From: Phyllosticta citribraziliensis
Taxonomy: Eukaryota
Assembly (NCBI RefSeq): GCF_038025025.1
Contig: NW_027117345.1
Span: 1 to 64,000 of the forward strand
Length of the DNA stretch: 64,000 nucleotides
Reading direction: 5' to 3'
The translations under genes and the position numbers were made by a program. A model generated the notes under the pieces. The model was not told the origin of the DNA. It did no database searches and worked only from the letters and a program-made list of their open reading frames with translations. Shown one piece after another: positions 62,685 to 64,000 of the stretch. Every line of letters begins with the position of its first letter. Position 1 is the first letter of the stretch.

Positions 62685-63898
62685 GCGATGAGTGCTGTGG
62701 TAGGTGGTAGTCGGCGCGATGATGGCGCAGTCGGGCCACAGTCGGCGCCAGTAGTGGCAGAGCACAGCACGCAGCGGCAGTGGTCAGGGCAGGGCAGGGC
62801 AGGGCAGGGCAGGGCAGGACCGGCGATCAGAGCAAACAAACGTACGGTGGCGGCGGGCAGCCGCTAGCTAAGGTAGGTACAGAGGCGCAAGCAGGCTCGC
62901 AGCGCAGCGCAGCGCAGCACAGGGCAAAACGGCGCGATGGCTTACCGTACCATGGCAGCCTTGGGCGTGCGACGGAGCGATTTGGGCGTGGAAAAGGGAG
63001 AGACAGACTGGAGTTGAAAAATGAAATGGACAGAGGCGGCGGTGACACAGACTGGAGGCGTGGAAGTCAGGGCGGGTGATGGATGGCGTGGAGAGTCGAG
63101 TCGAGTCGAGTCGATTCGGTGGACGCACTGGATGGGTTGGTCTGAGGCCGCGCGAGGAGCAGGACGAGCCGTGAGCCGTGATGCTCGTGTTGAGCCAAGG
63201 CCGAGTATTGGTGGTGATGATCTGGGGAGCGGAATGGAAATTGGACGGCGAGGGGAGGGCGAGGGGCGAGGGGACGGATGATGTGGAGAAGTGAATGAAA
63301 TGGATAACGGAACGGCGGTGGCCATGAGCAGCAGAGCAGCGAGATGTCGATGGAGTGTTCAGGTTGTGGCAGAGGGCGGGATGGGATCCTCGCGTCTGGT
63401 CTGGTCTGGTGGGTGTTGGTGGGTGTGGGCTAGGGGCTGGCTTGACGTAAGCAGTGATGGGGACCGGGACCACAACCCTGAATCCTGAATCTCAAGCGAA
63501 CATCCGCCACTGCTCTCGACCATCAACACCCAAGGAACCCAACCACCAACCCCCATCTCCCACAACCCCATTCGCCGCGCATTGTCGCCGTGCTCCCGCT
63601 GCAGCGCGCACTCGCTGCCTCGCCGCGTCGCTGACGCCGTCGCTGTTCTTTTCTGCCTCTCGACTGGACGCGTCGCGTCAACGCTGCTGTCGGCTTGGCA
63701 TTCACCTCAAGCCAGACAGCCCGCCACCTGACACACTGAACAACTCCGACTTCACTTCAATCCGCGTCGCCCACCATGACCTTCCATCAAAACTCTCTGC
63801 TCACCTACTTCCATTCCAACCCACACCCTCCCCCCATGCAACCAGCTCCTGCCTCTCCGGAACTTCCGCTCCACCAGCATTCCTCGCAGCACGTCAAC

Positions 63899-64000
63899 AT
63901 GTCTCAGAAGCCTGACGACAGACCATCCAAGCCCAGGTCGTGGTCCATCCAGAGTGCCACCACCGACGGCACCGAGGGCAGCCGCCCCATGAAATCTCAA
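63899..64000 (+). CDS. Possible 5' end of a gene running off the window
   Basis: ATG in CAAC context after a pyrimidine-rich leader; open to the window end (MSQKPDDRPSKPRSWSIQS...). Confidence 0.4.
   Translation, partial: MSQKPDDRPSKPRSWSIQSATTDGTEGSRPMKSQ

Noticed and set aside
61600..63890. Numerous short ORFs
   Set aside because: They arise from GC-rich microsatellites ((GGCAG)n, (CTGT)n, (GAGTC)n); more consistent with intergenic or 5' regulatory DNA.

Overview
Left end of a filamentous ascomycete (Pezizomycotina) chromosome. Evidence: (CCCTAA)n telomere, RIP-type mutation signature and short GT-AG introns with CTRAC branch sites; a Dothideomycete is a guess only. The telomere (1-107) is followed by about 1.3 kb of RIP-erased AT-rich DNA. 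Next come a secreted cutinase and a compact catabolic trio: a benzaldehyde-lyase/2-hydroxyacyl-CoA-lyase-like ThDP enzyme with an unusual, highly structured 277-nt intron, an SDR and a family III CoA-transferase. Then a hypothetical gene and NSE2/MMS21, followed by an accessory island (DUF6540-like pseudogene, DUF6601-like gene, TM/alpha-beta-hydrolase-NACHT-WD40 NLR). Core genes follow: SCP160/vigilin, SWF1 and RAP1. After them lie an F-box-like gene, a small 3-exon gene absent from the ORF track, a long microsatellite-rich gene-poor region around one small Cys/His-motif gene, a cysteine-rich secreted effector candidate behind a RIP-like relic, MET10, a second SDR and a large low-complexity protein. 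All family calls come from motif recognition by eye, not database searches. Exon boundaries were traced by hand.
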